This document shows, piece by piece, positions 26,850-26,952 of a DNA stretch of 26,952 nt (the first letter of the stretch is position 1; each line of letters opens with the position of its first letter). The notes beneath the pieces were generated by a model that was not told where the DNA came from, searched no databases, and worked only from the letters and a program-made list of their open reading frames with translations. Position numbers and translations under genes: made by a program. The stretch comes from Fusobacteriota bacterium (GTDB taxonomy: Bacteria; Fusobacteriota; Fusobacteriia; Fusobacteriales; JBNJFI01): contig JBNJFI010000013.1 in assembly GCA_051746725.1 (NCBI GenBank), positions 4,735-31,686 on the forward strand. The letters are read 5' to 3'.

Positions 26850-26952
26850 GTGATAATATATTCACTTCTAATATATAAGGTTCAGGCCTTTATTTTATTG
26901 GGTTTTTACAAAATTTTTACAATTATATGATTGACAATGTTAATAAATTAGT

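Noticed and set aside
26931..26952. TTGACA at the right edge
   Set aside because: The matching -10 element and gene would lie outside the window, so it cannot be evaluated.

Overview
Low-GC (roughly 30%) bacterial DNA; the host cannot be fixed from this window (AT-richness and lipoprotein style would fit Fusobacteriota or Thermotogota, which is inference only). The centre (3074-22220) is a ~19 kb same-strand starch-degradation cluster of five large GH13 lipoproteins: a MalS-like amylase, three other amylases of apparently different subfamilies and a type I pullulanase. All five share one N-terminal chassis: lipobox, ~100-aa unknown domain, dibasic KR/KK site, dockerin-like duplicated Ca-binding repeat with an unusual ~17-aa insertion, Ig-like (Big_2) domain and CBM26-like module(s). 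In the middle is a 217-aa lipoprotein that looks like a single cohesin. Together these suggest a lipoprotein-anchored, amylosome-like cohesin-dockerin system, the main candidate novel system here. The cluster also holds a 264-bp MITE-like element (terminal inverted repeats, 11-bp flanking duplication, internal pair of covarying REP-like hairpins) and a decayed copy of the first amylase's 3' end plus terminator. Left flank: FMN-binding/DUF6544-like/flavodoxin operon, an orphan Nif11-like leader protein and a small ferredoxin. Right flank: a GshB-like ATP-grasp ligase coupled to a formylglutamate-amidohydrolase/QEGLA-motif peptidase fusion, and an OFA-type MFS transporter. All family calls are from motif recognition by eye; no searches were run.
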